A DNA stretch of 49,129 nt, from IMG/VR virus record IMGVR_UViG_3300026541_000038, positions 1 to 49,129 of that record. One strand, 5' to 3'. Below the pieces are notes generated by a model. It had not been told where the DNA came from and did no database searches. It saw only the letters and a program-made list of their open reading frames with translations. Origin of the DNA: a virus. Taxonomy: Duplodnaviria; Caudoviricetes. Made by a program: the position numbers and the translations under genes. How positions within the stretch are numbered: position 1 is the stretch's first letter; each line of letters opens with the position of its first letter. Below are positions 36,194 to 46,879 of this stretch, piece after piece.

Positions 36194-36546
36194 AATGATC
36201 TGTCCTCTCTTCTTTGATTGTAGCCTATGTTTACTGAAGCAGCTGCACCACTATCTAAAGTAATTCTCATATCTTCTCCCCCTCCATCTAATACATAGAT
36301 TAAACCTGTTACGCCAGCATCAAAATTAGTAGGAAATATCTTATTTGAGGTAACATGATCAACTACTCCGTTTATGGTCTCTTTTACTTTAATTGTTGTA
36401 GGATTTACTAGGTTAGTAGTAGAGATATGGACTATAATCTTATCTTTCAAATTAGTAAATGTGAGCCAGTCTACATCAGCACCAGTTGCTACATATGCTT
36501 GATTCTTTTTAATAAAAGTAGTTTTTACTTCTCCACCATCTACCAT
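36190..36546 (-). CDS. Virion beta-sandwich protein
   Basis: ORF track. Confidence 0.55.
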   Translation of the reverse strand: MVDGGEVKTTFIKKNQAYVATGADVDWLTFTNLKDKIIVHISTTNLVNPTTIKVKETINGVVDHVTSNKIFPTNFDAGVTGLIYVLDGGGEDMRITLDSGAAASVNIGYNQRREDRSF

Positions 36547-36548
36547 GA

Positions 36549-37046
36549 TTAAGCACCCTTCATCAAATGTTCTAGTTCTTCTGGAAATAATTCCAAAGGA
36601 AGATAAGGTGATTTATCTCCAAAGTCATTTCTTTTTTGTATAGTGCCATCTTCAAAAATATAATAAATTTCTGACAATTCAGGATCAAAGCAATAATTAC
36701 TGTATTGTTTATTTTTTGTATCATCTTTGTTTCTTTGTAGTAATGCTGTTATTCTAATACGTTTTTTAATTATAACTGGCATTGATTTTGTTTTTCTTGT
36801 CTTTCTATCAAATGATGCTTTAACTGTTGATGTTCCTTTAGATTTTAATCTGTGAATTAGAGTTTTTTTATTTATGTTTAATCTAAATGAAGAAAATTTA
36901 GATCTGAATAATGTTCGTTTTTTGTATGTTAATTCAAAAGTATCTGATTTGTCTCGATTTATGTCATTATAATTTTCAGTTATAGTACCATCAGAGTTTG
37001 TTACTTTCCATGAAGCATCATCTAAGACTAACTGACAAATTGTCAT
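36549..37046 (-). CDS. Hypothetical protein
   Basis: ORF track. Confidence 0.6.
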   Translation of the reverse strand: MTICQLVLDDASWKVTNSDGTITENYNDINRDKSDTFELTYKKRTLFRSKFSSFRLNINKKTLIHRLKSKGTSTVKASFDRKTRKTKSMPVIIKKRIRITALLQRNKDDTKNKQYSNYCFDPELSEIYYIFEDGTIQKRNDFGDKSPYLPLELFPEELEHLMKGA

Positions 37047-37378
37047 ACAACATTCACTTTTTGACTTTTTTTGGTACCATTTACTGTAACTTTTACGTTA
37101 ATAATATCACCTTTCTTTAATGGCTTGGTGTATTGTGCTTTTTCTTCGTCAAGTGATTCTGGTCTAAACATATATGCTGAAATTTCTTTACATCTACCAT
37201 TTATTTTTCCAGTTCTAAACGGTTCTGTTTCACCATCTAAAGTAAATGATATTGAGGCATCATTTGTAGGTGGATGAAATAGACAAGTAAGAATTTTTGT
37301 ATGTTCTACTTGTTTTGGTATAACAATTTTAACACTCTTCATCTTAGATTTCGTCCCATTCCCATGTAAATGTCTCAT
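37043..37378 (-). CDS. Hypothetical protein (start probably at MKSVK)
   Basis: ORF track. Confidence 0.55.
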   Translation of the reverse strand: MRHLHGNGTKSKMKSVKIVIPKQVEHTKILTCLFHPPTNDASISFTLDGETEPFRTGKINGRCKEISAYMFRPESLDEEKAQYTKPLKKGDIINVKVTVNGTKKSQKVNVV

Positions 37379-37913
37379 CAGCTAAATCGCCTGGTGAAGC
37401 AGTGTTAATAATTTCCATTTGTGTTATTAGATAATCTGTAGTTTCGCCTATTGCGTTAATAATTGCACCAGCTTCTGAAATTGTAACTGTCTTTGGTGAT
37501 CCAGATGTAAATGTAAAAAAGTCAGTGACACCAGTAATATCAACATGATTAACTAATGGATCATCATTTGTGTCTGCTGGATCATACCCAGTTGTAGCAC
37601 CAGAATTATGTGTTGGTGTTTCATCACCGACTTGAACTGTAATTCCAGTACCAAATCCTACACCATCAGTGTAGATTTTTACATTATTTACTTGGGTATC
37701 AGGTGCAGTAGTAGCAATAAGGAATATTTGTTTCCATCTTGAGAATGAAATTCCTGCTGATGGAATAATGTCAGGGTCATTGTTATCTATAGTAGGATCA
37801 TCTGCACGTTTGTATCTTAAATTTGGTGGACCTAATGGATCAGTATTAGTAGATAAGCCTGGATTATCTACTGTTCCACCAGTATCTAAATTTACATTGA
37901 ATACTGCTACCAT
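37344..37913 (-). CDS. Structural protein (tail/collar)
   Basis: Acidic, G/T-rich, ends ETFTWEWDEI; late-promoter motif 26 nt upstream. Confidence 0.65.
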   Translation of the reverse strand: MVAVFNVNLDTGGTVDNPGLSTNTDPLGPPNLRYKRADDPTIDNNDPDIIPSAGISFSRWKQIFLIATTAPDTQVNNVKIYTDGVGFGTGITVQVGDETPTHNSGATTGYDPADTNDDPLVNHVDITGVTDFFTFTSGSPKTVTISEAGAIINAIGETTDYLITQMEIINTASPGDLADETFTWEWDEI

Positions 37914-37938
37914 GAATTGGTTCTTTAAAAATACATAA

Positions 37939-37950
37939 AAAGAATTATTT
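37939..37950 (-). promoter_or_regulatory. Late-promoter motif
   Basis: 26 nt upstream of ATG 37913. Confidence 0.7.
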
Positions 37951-37959
37951 GGAAAAAAA

Positions 37960-38265
37960 TTAGGATTGAGTTGTTGGTGGTGTTTCTAACTCTGGTTCAG
38001 GTGTTGGAACTACTGCTGTATTCTCTGGCAATTTTACAGGTTCTACAGGAAGTATGAATTGGATACCATTTTTTCTTAACAATTCTTGTAGTCTAAGGAT
38101 TTCTGTAGCTTGTTTGTTGCTGTTTTCTGCAAACTGTAAAAGCATAGTTGCAAGTGTTTTATACCAACTAGATGATGTATTGTTTGCCTTTGCCTGAGTT
38201 TTTAGAGTTTCAGTTTCACCCTGTTCAATTATTTCCATAATAGTTGGGGGTTTTTGATTGCTCAC
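37960..38265 (-). CDS. Hypothetical coiled-coil protein
   Basis: Late-promoter motif 27 nt upstream of GTG. Confidence 0.6.
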   Translation of the reverse strand: MSNQKPPTIMEIIEQGETETLKTQAKANNTSSSWYKTLATMLLQFAENSNKQATEILRLQELLRKNGIQFILPVEPVKLPENTAVVPTPEPELETPPTTQS

Positions 38266-38291
38266 TAATTATTTCGTTAATTATTTGAAGA

Positions 38292-38303
38292 TAAGAATTA
38301 TTT
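38292..38303 (-). promoter_or_regulatory. Late-promoter motif
   Basis: 27 nt upstream of GTG 38265. Confidence 0.65.
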
Positions 38304-38322
38304 ATTCCATGCCCTAAATCGA

Positions 38323-41300
38323 TTATGCCCTCTCCGCATATACGATATTTGCCTGCGATACTGAAATATCTGCTGTTCCACTGAAATTCACAACTGCAAT
38401 ATCTACTGTATCATTTTCTGCAAGTTCTAAAATTCGTGTTGCAGATATTTGTATGATTCCAGCATTTACTGAATGTGGTATTTCAAATGTATTTGTTAAT
38501 ACCAATGAGCCGTTCTTGATTAGTAATAATCCAATATCTGTTGCTCCACCTCCTACTTTTTCAATTAGTCCACTAAATGTAATGTTGTATCTTTGAGTCT
38601 TTTTAGATAGGTTTGTAATTTCTCCTCCGGTTGTAGCAGAAGATCTTTCAAGTTCTGATGAGATAAATTGTGTCCCACCAATAATTACAGGTACGTCTTG
38701 TATACCTATGGTAACTACAATGGGTGTGGTTATATTTGTAAATCCGATCTGAGCTGATGCCATACTGTCTTCAATGTCAATGTTAATGTTAGATAGTATT
38801 CGTGGGTCTGTCTGGTCTAGTCCAGCAGCATCAAATATTATTCCGGCAGGTCTAGCTGTATTTGATACTATCTCTATACGAGAGTTTGCAGTTAACGTGT
38901 TTTTAATGTCAAATACAGTTCCCAATGACTGTACAGGGAAATCACATCCCGTAAATTTTGCAATAGTTGTAGCAACAGGTGAATCTATTGTTATGAATGT
39001 CTTTGTGACATCATTAAATGAAAGAAACACGTTTCTAGTGACATTTATGTTTCCAACATTTTTGTAGATTATTCCAGTAGTGAAAAAGTTACCATAAAAG
39101 TTATCAAAGTCTGTAACAAATGCTGCATCCTCAATTAGTGGCATGTCAATAAATCCATCAATGATACTGCCAACTGCTGCATAAAATGCAAATGTAAAAG
39201 TTGAGAATGTACCTGTATTGAATTTTTTGGAATTATTACCTATTAGACCTACATTTGTAAGTCTCAATGCCTCAGCATTTACAAATCGGAACATGGATGG
39301 AGAATTCCCTTCATATTTTATAGTGTCAAATGTTGGGTTTTTGCCTATCAGGTATAATCCGATATTATCAATTAGTATTTGTTCAGCTAGTACAATTCTT
39401 GATTGTATTTCATAAGCGACATCTATTACTGCAAAGTTACCAGTTTCTGATCCGACAAATGTTATGGGTAAGGTGAATGTGTTAGTTGTTACTGCTGTTG
39501 TCTTTAATGAACTACCATTATACGAAGTAGTATCAGTGATTTTTACTCTGTCATTTACTAATAATTTGTTATTTACAGATGTAAAGATAGATGTTCCACC
39601 ACCGCCATCAGCAACTGCAGTTATTGCACCAGATAAAAATGGCAGAATCTTTCGTACATCAGCAGTCCATGTACCGGTTCCAGTTGTGGTAAATGTTTCT
39701 GAGAACTCAAAAGTATCATCATCTATTTTTGTAATCAAATATGTTATTCCATCGTATGGAGTACCACCACTAAAAACTACGCTGTTGTTTGTGTCTAGTT
39801 CGTGATTAATACTTGTTACATTGATTTCCCCAGCACCAACATCTGTAAATGCTGTAATGTTTGACTTTGTAAGAATAGGTGCAATGTCATCGGCTGTTTT
39901 TGCCTGAATGTATCTTGTTGGTAAATTAAGATTAGCAGTAACGTTTACTGCATCAATTTGAGTCTGTATGGATGATGTTACACCATTTAATGTTTGAAAC
40001 TCTGTATCATCAACTGACCCATCAGCTATATTTGTAGCTGGGATTGCAGTATCAGGTATTCCAATGTTGTTAGATGTGAAAACTCTGGAATCTGTTTGGT
40101 CTAATCCAGGAGAGACAAACTTTGTAGTTATTGCAGTTCCGTAATCACCACCTATTATTTGAAATTGTGAATTGAGACTTGTAGCAGTTGGAATTTGAAA
40201 TGCAAATCCTCCTGTTGGTACGTTCATCGTTGGATGATAAATTTTGTATGTACCTGCTGAGAAATCTGTGTTGATTGTTTTTACTTTATTATTGGCTTGA
40301 TCAACTATTACAAGATTCCCATCTAGATTTATGGCTATACCACGAGGTGTTTGAAATTGATTATCATTACTACCTATAGATCCAAATTCATCTAAGAAAG
40401 TGAAATCAGATTGGAATTTTTGTATTCGGTTATTGCCTGAATCAGTAATATACATATTTTCTGCAGCATCCAAGGCAATTCCTATAGGATCAATAAATTC
40501 TCCATTCGCAGTACCGAAAGATCCAAACTCTCCTAAAAAGTTAAACCCAGAATCTAATTTCTGTATTCTAGCATTTCCAAAATCAGTAATAATATAATTT
40601 CCTGCAGCATCCACTATAACATCATGGGGAGTATCAAACTGACCGTTCCCAGTACCAGTTGTTCCAAATTCTGCTGAAAATGTAGGTGTTGATGTAAATA
40701 TCTGTATTCTGTCATTATTTCCATCTGCAACAAGAATATTTCCATTTGTTGGATGAATGCGTGCCCCTCTTGGATTATCAAACTGACCATCACCATTACC
40801 TGCAATCCCTGCCTGACTTCCACTAAAGCTAACCTGAAATACAGGTGACCCATTACCTACACCAAATCCAAATGTAAATACAAAATTACCGCTAGAATCA
40901 AACTTTGATACTCTATGATTGTTTCTTTCTACAACAAAACTATTATCAGAAGAATCTATTGCTATCCCTACAGGATTATTTAATTGTCCTGCTCCAGTAC
41001 CAAAAGATCCAAATTGTAATAGGAATTCCCCTTTAGGACTAAACTTTTGAATTCTATTATTACCTGAATCAACAACTAAATAATTACCTACACTGTCAAC
41101 AACCACTCTATGTGGACTGTTTAACTGACCGTCACCTGATCCACTAATTCCAAATCCGCTAATAATTGTCTCTAGAAATTCTACAAATGGTGATGCTCCT
41201 ACTGCACTATCTGGTTCCCAGTCACCAGTATGAATCCTCAAGTCTTTACAGTTTGTAACTTTTAGTCCGTCCTTGTTTCCTGTATAAGATGGTCTATCAA

Positions 41301-42081
41301 TATCCATGATTGATGTATTTTTAACATCAGGTAATGCAAAGCCATCAAACTTGCAACCTTTTTCTAAATAAGATGAAGATGCTATTGGATCCATTAAAGC
41401 TACTATAGATGCAACGTCTGCTGCCTTTAGGGTGGAATTTGCAACAAGGTGTAAATTTTCAAGAGACAGTAATGATGCTTCACCATTATTCACTTGTATT
41501 GGTGCATCTAATGCTACATCAGTATATGTAACATTAAATGGATGCAAGTTAACATCCTCAACTATTAGTTTTGCTGTACCAACAGAACCTGTACCTTTTG
41601 TAAATAATACCGGTACATCCCAATCAAAGGATTTCATTATTTGAAATATGTTAGCACCTATTGCTTGTCTTTTTAGTGCAGTTGCTGTCCCTGTTCCTGT
41701 AACTGTGAATGTTCCAGCAATTTCAAAACTGTCTGCATCAGTTCTAGTAATGTCATGGTCTCCATCTTGTGCTGTACCTCCTGATATTGTCACTCTTTGA
41801 CCAGTGAAATAATCATTAGTCCCAATAGTGACATTCACTTGAATTCTAGTACCTGGGGATGTTGGTGAATCCTCAATGGATATTATGGTTAGTGGTGCAG
41901 GAATTAGTCCAATGTCATCCATTGATTTTACATAAACTAATTGTCCGTCAAAGTTTGGTAATCTTGATAGAGCAAACTTTTCTGATGCATCACTATTATC
42001 AGGATTTGTGCCATCAATTTCAAATGTAGGTAATACATTTCCCACTACATCTGGCAGATCTGATTTTTCTATGGTGCTCAT
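38323..42081 (-). CDS. Large adhesin/receptor-binding protein with NHL-repeat beta-propeller
   Basis: Six GQ(F/L)xxPxGIAxD...DSGNNRIQKF repeats; beta-helix-like and C1q-like C-terminal segments. Confidence 0.85.
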   Translation of the reverse strand: MSTIEKSDLPDVVGNVLPTFEIDGTNPDNSDASEKFALSRLPNFDGQLVYVKSMDDIGLIPAPLTIISIEDSPTSPGTRIQVNVTIGTNDYFTGQRVTISGGTAQDGDHDITRTDADSFEIAGTFTVTGTGTATALKRQAIGANIFQIMKSFDWDVPVLFTKGTGSVGTAKLIVEDVNLHPFNVTYTDVALDAPIQVNNGEASLLSLENLHLVANSTLKAADVASIVALMDPIASSSYLEKGCKFDGFALPDVKNTSIMDIDRPSYTGNKDGLKVTNCKDLRIHTGDWEPDSAVGASPFVEFLETIISGFGISGSGDGQLNSPHRVVVDSVGNYLVVDSGNNRIQKFSPKGEFLLQFGSFGTGAGQLNNPVGIAIDSSDNSFVVERNNHRVSKFDSSGNFVFTFGFGVGNGSPVFQVSFSGSQAGIAGNGDGQFDNPRGARIHPTNGNILVADGNNDRIQIFTSTPTFSAEFGTTGTGNGQFDTPHDVIVDAAGNYIITDFGNARIQKLDSGFNFLGEFGSFGTANGEFIDPIGIALDAAENMYITDSGNNRIQKFQSDFTFLDEFGSIGSNDNQFQTPRGIAINLDGNLVIVDQANNKVKTINTDFSAGTYKIYHPTMNVPTGGFAFQIPTATSLNSQFQIIGGDYGTAITTKFVSPGLDQTDSRVFTSNNIGIPDTAIPATNIADGSVDDTEFQTLNGVTSSIQTQIDAVNVTANLNLPTRYIQAKTADDIAPILTKSNITAFTDVGAGEINVTSINHELDTNNSVVFSGGTPYDGITYLITKIDDDTFEFSETFTTTGTGTWTADVRKILPFLSGAITAVADGGGGTSIFTSVNNKLLVNDRVKITDTTSYNGSSLKTTAVTTNTFTLPITFVGSETGNFAVIDVAYEIQSRIVLAEQILIDNIGLYLIGKNPTFDTIKYEGNSPSMFRFVNAEALRLTNVGLIGNNSKKFNTGTFSTFTFAFYAAVGSIIDGFIDMPLIEDAAFVTDFDNFYGNFFTTGIIYKNVGNINVTRNVFLSFNDVTKTFITIDSPVATTIAKFTGCDFPVQSLGTVFDIKNTLTANSRIEIVSNTARPAGIIFDAAGLDQTDPRILSNINIDIEDSMASAQIGFTNITTPIVVTIGIQDVPVIIGGTQFISSELERSSATTGGEITNLSKKTQRYNITFSGLIEKVGGGATDIGLLLIKNGSLVLTNTFEIPHSVNAGIIQISATRILELAENDTVDIAVVNFSGTADISVSQANIVYAERA

Positions 42082-44081
42082 ACTGGAACCACCGCCAATA
42101 TTTCCAAGCCAGACTTAGTTAGTAATTGTGGTGTAGAACCAGGCTGTAGCTGAGATGTTCCCTGTGAATAAAATGTATCAGGTGCACTTTCAGAATCAAA
42201 CATAGCTGTTTCCTCAATGTCTGTAAAAACATGTTTGCCAACTTGCAAATGTGCCATAGTACCAGTGTGATCAACAGAATTTGGAAATGCTATATCCAAG
42301 TCAATTCCGGTACTATCAGCTAATGGTGTAGAGTTTAATTGTGCAACACTTCCCTCAAGGGTATCATCTACTTTACAATCATAACTATCATTAATCCAAG
42401 TCCATACTATTTTGTGCCATGTAGTACCAGGGATTATAGTTGTACCGTCAGAGTTAAAAGTAACTGTTGTTCGTTGCCTTCCTCTTGGTTCACCGCTACC
42501 TTTTATGGTGTTTTGATAGGAAAACGGCTGAGCACTAGCTACTGTAGCATCTTTTCTAAGAAGAGCAGTACCACCATTAGGATCCTTAACCCATATTGCA
42601 ATTCTTGATTGGTTTGTAATTCTTATTGATAAATCATCAGATATGGTAAAACCTGCATCATCAGAACCGGCACCTGTTGGGTTGAATTCTACTCCAAAAC
42701 CAAAACCGTTAATTCCTGCAACTCTTACCTCTAACCCGCTTCCTAATGGTGTGGCAGTGTTATTATTTGCTGTACTATCAGCACTTCCTGCTAAATCATA
42801 ATCGGCTTCCGTAAATCCATAACGTGCACCAAACTCTGTTATTGGAAATACACCATTTGGATTTTCTGTATTAGTTGCCAGAGGATCGTTATGAATTAAT
42901 TCTATTATATCTCCATCTTGTATCGGATCAGATAGTGTGTTATAGGTTAGAACAATATCACCATCTCCTGGTGAGCTTTCTAATACATGTGGTATTATAT
43001 TGCCATTAAATTTTACAACAAAAGTTTCATTTGGTTGTGCTGTTAGTGTAGTGGTTACTGCAAGTCTCAAAGGAGTATCAGTTACAGGAGTTGGCAGTTT
43101 TCCTGTATCAACTGTGAATGGTGTGATAGTTAGTCCACCCAAAACAACAGCTAACAGATTCGGAGTGAGTGGTACTGGTATAATGGCTGTAGCTTCGTTT
43201 GATGGAATAGATTCTCCTAGTGCGTTAATTGCGATACTACGATACCCAAATGTAATCCCTTTTGTTGGAGATATATCCAAGTGTGATGTTATAGTTGGAC
43301 CTAAAGTTATCAAATCAGAGAATGCACCGCCATTCTCATTTCTTTGTAGCTTGATGTTAGTTAGCGGTAATTCTCCAGTATTGATTGGTAGTAACCATTG
43401 TACAAAAATATCTAAAGATTGTACTGTTGCAGTTAATGCAGTTGGTGCATCTGGTACATCTGCTGTGATTATGGTTTCAATGTTTGATGGCGGTCCTTCT
43501 CCCTTTGCAGTAACTGCCAATACACGAAAGTCGTATAATTCGCCGGGTACCAGACCTGTAACTGTTGCAAATAGATTTGTAGATACGCCGTCAGAAAATA
43601 TAGTAAATGTACTGTCAACAGTTAGTTTGAACTGTACGATATAATCTGTAATTGGTGAACCACCATCATCAGCAGGTACTTGCCAAGTAAGATCAATCTC
43701 TCCAAATGTTGGAACTACAGATGCTACTAATGATACAGGAGCAGTTGGGAGTATTGCAAGTAATGTTCCTAATTCATTTGATACTCCAGTGAGTACGCCA
43801 CGAATGGCTGCAATTCTATATGTGTAAAAATTACCTGTGATTAATGCACCATCTGAATCTGTAAATGTTAGATCGGTGTTTCCAGTATCTGAAACTATTA
43901 TTCCAAATGCACCCAGATTTTCACTTCGTTCTATTTGGTATCCGGTAATTGCAGGACCTTCTGTATTTGGTGCAAGCCAGTCTAACTCAATAGTGGTTTT
44001 TGTAAGTGCTGTTACTGAAACTAGTAATGGTTCCTCTCTTTTTATCTCACCAATTCCTTGGGGAGGTGGTATTATTGGCAT
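42078..44081 (-). CDS. Virion protein with three fibronectin type III domains and a C-terminal LamG/ConA-like domain
   Basis: LxWxxPxxxGxPITxY...YxFRVxAxxxxGxGxPSN x3; WHKIVWTW. Confidence 0.85.
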   Translation of the reverse strand: MPIIPPPQGIGEIKREEPLLVSVTALTKTTIELDWLAPNTEGPAITGYQIERSENLGAFGIIVSDTGNTDLTFTDSDGALITGNFYTYRIAAIRGVLTGVSNELGTLLAILPTAPVSLVASVVPTFGEIDLTWQVPADDGGSPITDYIVQFKLTVDSTFTIFSDGVSTNLFATVTGLVPGELYDFRVLAVTAKGEGPPSNIETIITADVPDAPTALTATVQSLDIFVQWLLPINTGELPLTNIKLQRNENGGAFSDLITLGPTITSHLDISPTKGITFGYRSIAINALGESIPSNEATAIIPVPLTPNLLAVVLGGLTITPFTVDTGKLPTPVTDTPLRLAVTTTLTAQPNETFVVKFNGNIIPHVLESSPGDGDIVLTYNTLSDPIQDGDIIELIHNDPLATNTENPNGVFPITEFGARYGFTEADYDLAGSADSTANNNTATPLGSGLEVRVAGINGFGFGVEFNPTGAGSDDAGFTISDDLSIRITNQSRIAIWVKDPNGGTALLRKDATVASAQPFSYQNTIKGSGEPRGRQRTTVTFNSDGTTIIPGTTWHKIVWTWINDSYDCKVDDTLEGSVAQLNSTPLADSTGIDLDIAFPNSVDHTGTMAHLQVGKHVFTDIEETAMFDSESAPDTFYSQGTSQLQPGSTPQLLTKSGLEILAVVPV

Positions 44082-44206
44082 GTATGGCCTTCCTGTAATT
44101 CCTAGTGATTGTTCAGGTGTAAATCCCTGAGGTGGTGGTATTATCCACGAAGACAGTTAGGGAACCTCACATATTTTGTGACTATTCCCCTAAGTTGTGT
44201 AACCAT

Positions 44207-44545
44207 CTATGGCACACTCACTACTACTCTGTTTATATTTCCAGCAGCCTTTGCTCTAAAATTTACTAAATTACCATCAGTTACACGAATAAATCTACTC
44301 TGACCTCCAATAACTGGTACTCCACCATTAAATGAATTCCAAGTGTTTCCACTATCTAAAGTATATTCTATGATACTTAATATGTCATAAGAAAAATCTA
44401 CAACAATTGGTGCAATAACTGTAGCACTAGATAAATTAATTGTAATATCTTCTGCAAACCATTCTACATCAATACCTTTTGCAGTTACCACTAGAATTGA
44501 ATCAGCTATTTTTCGAACGCCTTCATTAATTCTGTATGTAACCAT
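44207..44545 (-). CDS. Structural protein
   Basis: EYTLDSGNTW motif; late-promoter motif 26 nt upstream. Confidence 0.6.
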   Translation of the reverse strand: MVTYRINEGVRKIADSILVVTAKGIDVEWFAEDITINLSSATVIAPIVVDFSYDILSIIEYTLDSGNTWNSFNGGVPVIGGQSRFIRVTDGNLVNFRAKAAGNINRVVVSVP

Positions 44546-44570
44546 GAATTATTTCATCTCTAATGATTAA

Positions 44571-44582
44571 AGAGAATTATTG
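44571..44582 (-). promoter_or_regulatory. Late-promoter motif (variant)
   Basis: 26 nt upstream of ATG 44545. Confidence 0.6.
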
Positions 44583-45035
44583 GAATCTCTCCGAACTAGC
44601 CAAGTCTAATTGTGATGGTAACACAACCTTCCATAGTCTAGGATCATAGTTTGCTAATACTACTTCAGTTCTGTTAGTTCTTGCTGCAATTAATTCTTGG
44701 ATTAGTCCGCCAGCCATTGGGATTGATTCTGTTCCACCTGCACCGTATAATTCTATGTTATATTTTTCCAGATAGTTTTTTGATTTTTCGATTAGTTCAA
44801 TATCTTCTGCTTGTAATGAACGAGCATAAGATAATGCAGCATTTTTACATCTGGACCAATAAACAGAACCAGTACCAATTGGTGTGTCAATGTATCTAGA
44901 TATTGCTGTCTGTACCTTACTATTACTATCATCTACAAATTGCAAAAATGAATCATCATCTTGGTCATCTGTAGTTCTAAACAATTTTTTGAGAAGATTT
45001 AGTGTAAGAAATTGATCTATTGGTTGAGCACTCAT
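44577..45035 (-). CDS. Head-tail adaptor-like protein
   Basis: FLTL..LK..F...D..DD.FL pattern; two genes after MCP. Confidence 0.55.
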   Translation of the reverse strand: MSAQPIDQFLTLNLLKKLFRTTDDQDDDSFLQFVDDSNSKVQTAISRYIDTPIGTGSVYWSRCKNAALSYARSLQAEDIELIEKSKNYLEKYNIELYGAGGTESIPMAGGLIQELIAARTNRTEVVLANYDPRLWKVVLPSQLDLASSERFQ

Positions 45036-45044
45036 GATATTATC

Positions 45045-45251
45045 CTAAGGTGGTGGAAAATTGTACCTCTCGTTATAGTCTGCTTGTACTCTGTCTAACT
45101 CCTCGTTAATTCTATCTGCTACTTGTTGATAGTCATATTGCCATACTTCCATATCAGTCTCACCAATTGAAGCTAGTACAACAGGATTAACGATATTTGT
45201 TGCTTTTAGTTCTTCTAATCGATTTCTGAATTGTCCAAAATTTACTCCCAT
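45045..45251 (-). CDS. Hypothetical protein
   Basis: Late-promoter variant 26 nt upstream. Confidence 0.6.
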   Translation of the reverse strand: MGVNFGQFRNRLEELKATNIVNPVVLASIGETDMEVWQYDYQQVADRINEELDRVQADYNERYNFPPP

Positions 45252-45286
45252 GAGTGTAATTATTCTTTAAGAAACAAAAGAACTTT

Positions 45287-46423
45287 CTAAACAGGTGGAT
45301 CAAATGTTACAGTGTATCCGAATTTTCTTGTGAGTTTGGTAATCTGTTCATTTACTGCTAGATATTCGTTAAAGTCAATTGCTTTGATTGCCTCTGCATC
45401 CTTAAAGTTGTCCTCGTATCTTTTCATCATTTTTGGACCCTCACCAAGTCTGAGTGCATTAGGTTTGTTAATCATGACCATTGTATTATCTGTCATTTGA
45501 GTATCTACGATAGCCTCAATGTCAGTAATTCCAGGGAATCCATAAACTCCACCTTGGTTTCTGTCATGTTTCATTCCAGTTGGACCACCACCTCTGCCCC
45601 AAGTGTTATCATTTAATTGGTCAAAGAGTGTAGTATTCATAACTGCGTGAGTAATTTTAACATCATTTGCTCTCAAGAACTGGTTGTTTAGATCGTTAAC
45701 CTGATCTGCTGTTCTATTAGTAGAATGGAAGTTTGATCCAATATCTGCAGGACTGCCCAGTGTTCCTTGTGAATTTCCAACAAGTAAGATGTGTTTGAGG
45801 GCTTCAAGATTTCGTTTATACTTCATACCCCATCTGATTTGTTGCATGTCAATTTCTTGTGGGTTAATGATAGTTCTAAGAATATCCTCAATTGGTGTGT
45901 AGACGTTATCAGATAATTTCTTTAGATTATAATCAATCTCATCATACTTTGTTACAGTTGCTTTTGATTCCTCTAATCTATCATAGTAACGTGCAGTTGC
46001 TGTAGTATCATAGAATGTTTCTCTGAATTGTAATGCAGGAATATCCCTAGATATGTATGCGTTATCCAAGTGGAAATACTCATCTGGTGTTCCTTGTGCT
46101 TCTGGAAATAGTCTGATTAATTGTAAGTGTGTAAGGTTTGCAGAGTTTGCAATTGAAGTTGCACCTTTCATTGCTCCAATGAAAGTATCAATGTCTTTGA
46201 TGTCTTCCTCGTAAGATGAGACCTTTCCGAGTAATCCACCTAGTTTAGAATTAGGATAATCTTGTGACTTTGCATATAATCCGTTTCCTTGAATTTGTGG
46301 TTTTTTGACATTACCAATAATTTCACCAGTAAGTGTTGGTTTTTCTTCATCTTGTGAAGCCTTTAGCACTTGACCATTTGGCATAATAACAATAGAGTGA
46401 TGGTAATCAGAGTAATCAGCCAT
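45287..46423 (-). CDS. Major capsid protein (HK97 fold, inferred)
   Basis: 378 aa; follows protease and decoration genes; HAVMN..F..L and G..AIVD..M...MVMI patterns. Confidence 0.75.
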   Translation of the reverse strand: MADYSDYHHSIVIMPNGQVLKASQDEEKPTLTGEIIGNVKKPQIQGNGLYAKSQDYPNSKLGGLLGKVSSYEEDIKDIDTFIGAMKGATSIANSANLTHLQLIRLFPEAQGTPDEYFHLDNAYISRDIPALQFRETFYDTTATARYYDRLEESKATVTKYDEIDYNLKKLSDNVYTPIEDILRTIINPQEIDMQQIRWGMKYKRNLEALKHILLVGNSQGTLGSPADIGSNFHSTNRTADQVNDLNNQFLRANDVKITHAVMNTTLFDQLNDNTWGRGGGPTGMKHDRNQGGVYGFPGITDIEAIVDTQMTDNTMVMINKPNALRLGEGPKMMKRYEDNFKDAEAIKAIDFNEYLAVNEQITKLTRKFGYTVTFDPPV

Positions 46424-46878
46424 TATGCTTGCACTGTCTCCACTATGACTTTATCGCCAACTGCTGTTAGATATTTTTGTGATATATTGTCAGATGCTAA
46501 ATTGTAAATTTCAAATATTTTTCCTACATAAAGTACACTTGTTTTTGATCCACCAATAATATCAGTAGTACTTACAACATAGATAACATCTTCACCCACC
46601 TTAAGATTTGCTGTTTGTGTAGTGAACATCATTCTAGTTCTTGGACCAGCGACTTGAACAAGGTCTGCTCCTGCTGCACCTGAAACTGCAGGTGGAGTAA
46701 CCATTGCTTGGAAAAATCCATTAGATAGATCTGTTGCTGCAATTAGATTTGCAGAAGCATCAGCCTCATAGAGTCTGCCTTTGTTAATTTGTAATGCAGC
46801 ACTAATTGGTTCTGTAGTTACTACTGCATATTTTGGATAAACTAAATCTCCTGGATTTGCTGGATTAAAGTCAGGCAT
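46423..46878 (-). CDS. Capsid decoration/cement protein
   Basis: Between scaffold and MCP; LKVGEDVIY...YVGKI beta-tulip-like; start moved to ATG 46878. Confidence 0.6.
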   Translation of the reverse strand: MPDFNPANPGDLVYPKYAVVTTEPISAALQINKGRLYEADASANLIAATDLSNGFFQAMVTPPAVSGAAGADLVQVAGPRTRMMFTTQTANLKVGEDVIYVVSTTDIIGGSKTSVLYVGKIFEIYNLASDNISQKYLTAVGDKVIVETVQA

Positions 46879-46879
46879 A

